From sequence record MN013085.1: a stretch of 39,556 nucleotides of DNA; one strand, written 5' to 3'. Below, in pieces: positions 36,593 through 39,556 of the stretch. The position numbers and the translations under genes were made by a program. Source of the stretch: Klebsiella phage vB_KpnP_NahiliMali. Positions within the stretch are counted from its first letter, which is position 1. The number at the start of each line of letters is the position of its first letter. The notes beneath the pieces were generated by a model. That model made no database searches and was not told the origin of the DNA. It saw nothing but the letters and a program-made list of their open reading frames with translations.

Positions 36593-37078
36593 ATGCTCAA
36601 CATTAAACGTACAGTTGCCGGGATTGCTCTCGCTGTTGCCACTCTATGGGGAACCTACACGGTAGGCCATGTGATTGGTGTCAAAGATGAGCGACTCGCC
36701 CAACAGGAGGTAATCAAGAATGAGTACATCAAGAAAACAACCGCTGATATCCAACAGCATAATGCCGTACAGACAGCCCTCGATGCCATTGCTAAGCGGC
36801 ACTCCGATGAGATGGCTGAACTTGAAGGGAGCACTGATGGGATTGTTAATGCTCTCAATGCTGATAACAAGCGGCTGCGCATCAAACTCAAGACCGTCAG
36901 TGGAACACCCGGTGATAAACAGCAGTGTGTCAGCACAGTTGATGGAAAAGCCGAACTTGACGAAGGAGATGCTAAGCGTCTTATCGGAATAGCTCAGAAG
37001 GGTGACAAGTGGATTGAGAACCTACAGGACACTGTGCGGGTTCTCCAAGGTAAACTCAAAGAGAAGGAGGCTAAGTAA
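36593..37078 (+). CDS. 18.5: Rz-like i-spanin gp18.5.
   Basis: 161 aa with an N-terminal transmembrane helix ([17 protein letters not shown]), then a coiled-coil-like charged periplasmic domain. Its stop overlaps the gene 19 start (TAATG). Confidence 0.85.
   Translation: MLNIKRTVAGIALAVATLWGTYTVGHVIGVKDERLAQQEVIKNEYIKKTTADIQQHNAVQTALDAIAKRHSDEMAELEGSTDGIVNALNADNKRLRIKLKTVSGTPGDKQQCVSTVDGKAELDEGDAKRLIGIAQKGDKWIENLQDTVRVLQGKLKEKEAK
36807..36992 (+). CDS. 18.7: Rz1-like o-spanin (gp18.7), embedded in the +1 frame of Rz.
   Basis: [28 protein letters not shown]... has a signal peptide and a lipobox-like ITSGC with Cys+1. The ORF is entirely inside Rz in a different frame, as in T7. Confidence 0.6.
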   Translation: MRWLNLKGALMGLLMLSMLITSGCASNSRPSVEHPVINSSVSAQLMEKPNLTKEMLSVLSE

Positions 37079-38832
37079 TGTCTAAGCAATCTCAAGAGGC
37101 CCGCAATGCCTTAATCGTTGCGCAACTCAAGGGTGACTTCGTGGCCTTCCTGTTCGTCTTATGGAAGGCTCTGAACTTACCTCAGCCGACCCGGTGCCAG
37201 ATTGATATGGCTAAAGCCCTCTCCAGTGGCTCACAGCGCCGTTTCATCCTTCAGGCTTTCCGTGGTATTGGTAAATCGTTTATCACATGTGCGTTCGTTG
37301 TGTGGAAGCTGTGGCAGAATCCTGACTTGAAGTTCATGATTGTCTCAGCCTCAAAGGAACGTGCGGACGCTAACTCCGTGTTCATCAAGAACATCATCGA
37401 CCTGTTGCCTTTCCTCCATGAGCTGAAGCCTCGTGCTGGACAGCGTGACTCGGTTATTAGTTTCGATGTTGGCCCTGCCAAGCCTGACCACTCACCGTCT
37501 GTGAAGTCTGTGGGTATCACTGGTCAGTTGACTGGTAGTCGTGCTGATATCCTCATCGCGGATGACGTAGAGGTCCCTAACAACTCTGCAACGCAGACTG
37601 CTCGTGACAAACTGTGGGAACTCGTCAAGGAGTTCGATGCAATCCTGAAACCTAACGGGACCATCATCTACCTTGGTACTCCTCAGTGTGAGATGACTCT
37701 GTACCGTGAACTGGAGAACCGTGGCTATCGTACCACTATCTGGCCTGCTCGATATCCGAAGGACCAGAAGGACTATGAGACCTATGGTGAACGTCTTGCC
37801 CCTATGCTGGTCGAAGAACTTGAGGAGAACCCTGAGTTCCTCTACTGGACACCTACTGACCCTGTTCGATTCGATGATGAGGACTTGAGGGAACGTGAGC
37901 TGTCCTACGGCAAGGCTGGCTTTGCGTTACAGTTCATGCTGAACCCATCTCTGTCAGATGCTGAGAAATATCCTCTGCGTCTCCGTGATGCGATTACCAT
38001 TGCGTGTGACAGTGAGAAGGCCCCTCTGAGCTACCAGTGGCTCCCTAACGCCTCCAACGAGAATGAGACCCTACCTAACGTGGGACTCAAAGGAGACCGT
38101 TACCATGCGGCTCACAGCTACTCACAGCGCACTATGGAGTACCAGCAGCGTATCCTTGTGATTGACCCAAGTGGTCGTGGTAAGGATGAGACGGGCTATG
38201 CTGTGCTGTTCACCCTGAACGGTTACATCTACCTGATGGACGCTGGTGGCTTCCGTGGTGGCTACGAGGATGCTACGCTCAACAAGCTGGCTCAGAAGGC
38301 TAAGCAGTGGAAGGTGCAGACAGTGGTCTTTGAGAGCAACTTCGGTGACGGTATGTTCGGTAAGATTTTCTCTCCGGTGCTGCTGAAGGTTCACCAGTGC
38401 GCTATGGAGGAGTATCGCTCTACCGGTCTCAAAGAGGCGCGCATTGCGGACACTCTGGAGCCACTGCTGGGTGCTCACCGCTTTGTCATCAACGAAGCTG
38501 TTGTCCTCAACGACTATCAGTCTGCTCGTGATGCTGATGGTAAGCACGATGTGAAATACTCGCTGTTCTACCAGTGGACTCGACTGACTCGTGACCGTGG
38601 TGCTCTGGCCCATGATGACCGACTGGATGCTGTGGCTATTGGTGCAGACTTCCTGAAGGAGACAATGGAGCAGGACTCAGCTATCGGTGAGAACAACATC
38701 ACTGAGGAGTTCTTAGAGAAACACATGGAGAAACTGGAGGTCGGCTTCAATGACCACCGGAGCTATGAGACCGGCGATATGACCATCCGTTGGGAAGACG
38801 ATGGGGACTCCAACTGCTTCATTCAGTGGTAA
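37078..38832 (+). CDS. 19: Terminase large subunit gp19 (ATPase + nuclease).
   Basis: 584 aa. Walker A-like [20 protein letters not shown], and collinearity with T7 gp19 through the nuclease domain. Confidence 0.98.
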   Translation: MSKQSQEARNALIVAQLKGDFVAFLFVLWKALNLPQPTRCQIDMAKALSSGSQRRFILQAFRGIGKSFITCAFVVWKLWQNPDLKFMIVSASKERADANSVFIKNIIDLLPFLHELKPRAGQRDSVISFDVGPAKPDHSPSVKSVGITGQLTGSRADILIADDVEVPNNSATQTARDKLWELVKEFDAILKPNGTIIYLGTPQCEMTLYRELENRGYRTTIWPARYPKDQKDYETYGERLAPMLVEELEENPEFLYWTPTDPVRFDDEDLRERELSYGKAGFALQFMLNPSLSDAEKYPLRLRDAITIACDSEKAPLSYQWLPNASNENETLPNVGLKGDRYHAAHSYSQRTMEYQQRILVIDPSGRGKDETGYAVLFTLNGYIYLMDAGGFRGGYEDATLNKLAQKAKQWKVQTVVFESNFGDGMFGKIFSPVLLKVHQCAMEEYRSTGLKEARIADTLEPLLGAHRFVINEAVVLNDYQSARDADGKHDVKYSLFYQWTRLTRDRGALAHDDRLDAVAIGADFLKETMEQDSAIGENNITEEFLEKHMEKLEVGFNDHRSYETGDMTIRWEDDGDSNCFIQW

Positions 38833-38913
38833 TGCATAAGTACCGTTATAAATGAATAAACATGCAGTGCCACATGGAGGTGGCCTGTTTGTAACTCACT
38901 GTTCCCAAAGGAG

Positions 38914-38940
38914 TTTCCATGCGACTCACTATTGGGAGAG
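38914..38940 (+). promoter_or_regulatory. Phage RNAP promoter (phiOR-like) near the right end.
   Basis: tttccatgcgactcactattgggagag. A degenerate half-promoter gtaactcactgttccc lies 25 bp upstream (38893-38908). Confidence 0.8.
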
Positions 38941-39100
38941 TGGACTCAAAGATAACTATAAGACTATATTCAGATTAACTATTCAGTCATTATCTTTGAG
39001 ACTACTTAAAGTCCTACTTACAGAGGGATGGTAATTATTGTTATTAATACCCATCCTCTTACAGACCACACTAACAGATATCTTAAAGGAGGGAGTGACC

Positions 39101-39259
39101 ATGCGTAAGGTACTCAACATCACTATCACCATTCTGCGCCATAGGGTCACTTACCGATTTCTTGCTGTGGTACTTGGTGCCCTTGGTGTCGCTGCTGCTA
39201 CAGACAATGCGGGACGAGTCGAAGCTATCGTATGTGCTATCATTGGGGACTGCACTTAA
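39101..39259 (+). CDS. Small hydrophobic protein (gene 19.5 position, 52 aa).
   Basis: AAGGAGGGAG ribosome-binding site then ATG at 39101. MRKVLNITITILRHRVTYRFLAVVLGALGVAAATDNAGRVEAIVCAIIGDCT. It is the last ORF before the right-end repeats. Confidence 0.45.
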   Translation: MRKVLNITITILRHRVTYRFLAVVLGALGVAAATDNAGRVEAIVCAIIGDCT

Positions 39260-39359
39260 TGTGGTCCTCGGTGCCTTGATGCTTCGACGCCAAGACGCCT
39301 CACGGTAATCATGGTCGGTATACACCTTCCCATTGATTACCTATCAAAGTCAACACTCA

Positions 39360-39465
39360 TAGAGTACACCTTATGTTGATTCTACAGGGTCTCCTTATGA
39401 TAGGCCCTACTTGGGTTCACCTAATGAGACCCTTTAAGAATCTGACAGAAAAATCTGAGAGGGTA
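39360..39465 (+). repeat. Right-end short-repeat array (CCTWATG-type units) preceding the terminal repeat.
   Basis: ccttatgttg, ctccttatgata and cacctaatgaga mirror the cctaatgt/ccttatgt units at 137-225. They are analogous to the T7 CCTAAAG repeats flanking the terminal repeat. Confidence 0.45.
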
Positions 39466-39556
39466 TCTCATAGGGTAAGAGTCCCAAAGTCCCCCCATAG
39501 GCCTCCTTCAGTTCACTCAAAGAGTGGTCCCCTCCTTAGGTTTCCTCTTAAGGTGT
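39466..39556 (+). repeat. Left part of the direct terminal repeat. By analogy with the T7/T3 left end TCTCAYAG..CCCAAAG..CCCCCATAGG, the physical genome left end is at about 39466. The repeat continues into window positions 1 to about 130.
   Basis: The sequence tctcatagggtaagagtcccaaagtccccccatagg resembles the T7/T3 genome start. It is non-coding. It is followed across the window junction by ...gtccctatctgttag, which resembles the end of the T7 terminal repeat. Confidence 0.55.

Overview
The window is a complete, rotated genome (39.56 kb) of a strictly lytic T7/T3-like podophage (Autographiviridae, Studiervirinae-type). All genes are on the + strand in canonical T7 order. One copy of the terminal repeat is split across the two window ends and is flanked by CCTWATG repeat arrays. 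The early region encodes a T3-type SAM hydrolase, the gp0.7 protein kinase, the single-subunit RNA polymerase, gp1.1 and gp1.2, ATP-dependent DNA ligase, a T4 gp1-like dNMP kinase and the gp2 host-RNAP inhibitor. The replication and class II region encodes SSB gp2.5, an HNH endonuclease, endonuclease I, amidase/lysozyme, a minimal CCA/poly(A)-polymerase-type nucleotidyltransferase, primase-helicase, gp4.3, DNA polymerase, gp5.5, gp5.7 and exonuclease gp6. The late region encodes gp6.7, gp7.3, portal, scaffold, major capsid with a -1 frameshift extension, tail tubular proteins A and B, internal virion proteins gp13 to gp16, tail fiber, holin, small terminase, Rz/Rz1 and large terminase. There are 14 copies of a phage-RNAP promoter with a distinctive consensus, tCCATGCGACTCACTATTGGGAG. 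Also present are candidate sigma70 early promoters, TE-like and Tphi-like terminators, and several RNase III-type hairpins. There are no tRNAs, no CRISPR, no integrase and no host flank. The most notable points are: a capsid 10B-type extension carrying an Ig-like (Big_2-like) domain; a chimeric tail fiber with a T7-like N-terminus, a novel receptor-binding region and a C-terminal self-cleaving intramolecular chaperone (peptidase S74-like); a pol-beta nucleotidyltransferase at the gene 3.8 position; short inverted repeats that flank the promoter core at the phi6.5-like, phi10-like and phi13-like promoters; and a duplicated promoter-plus-leader cassette.
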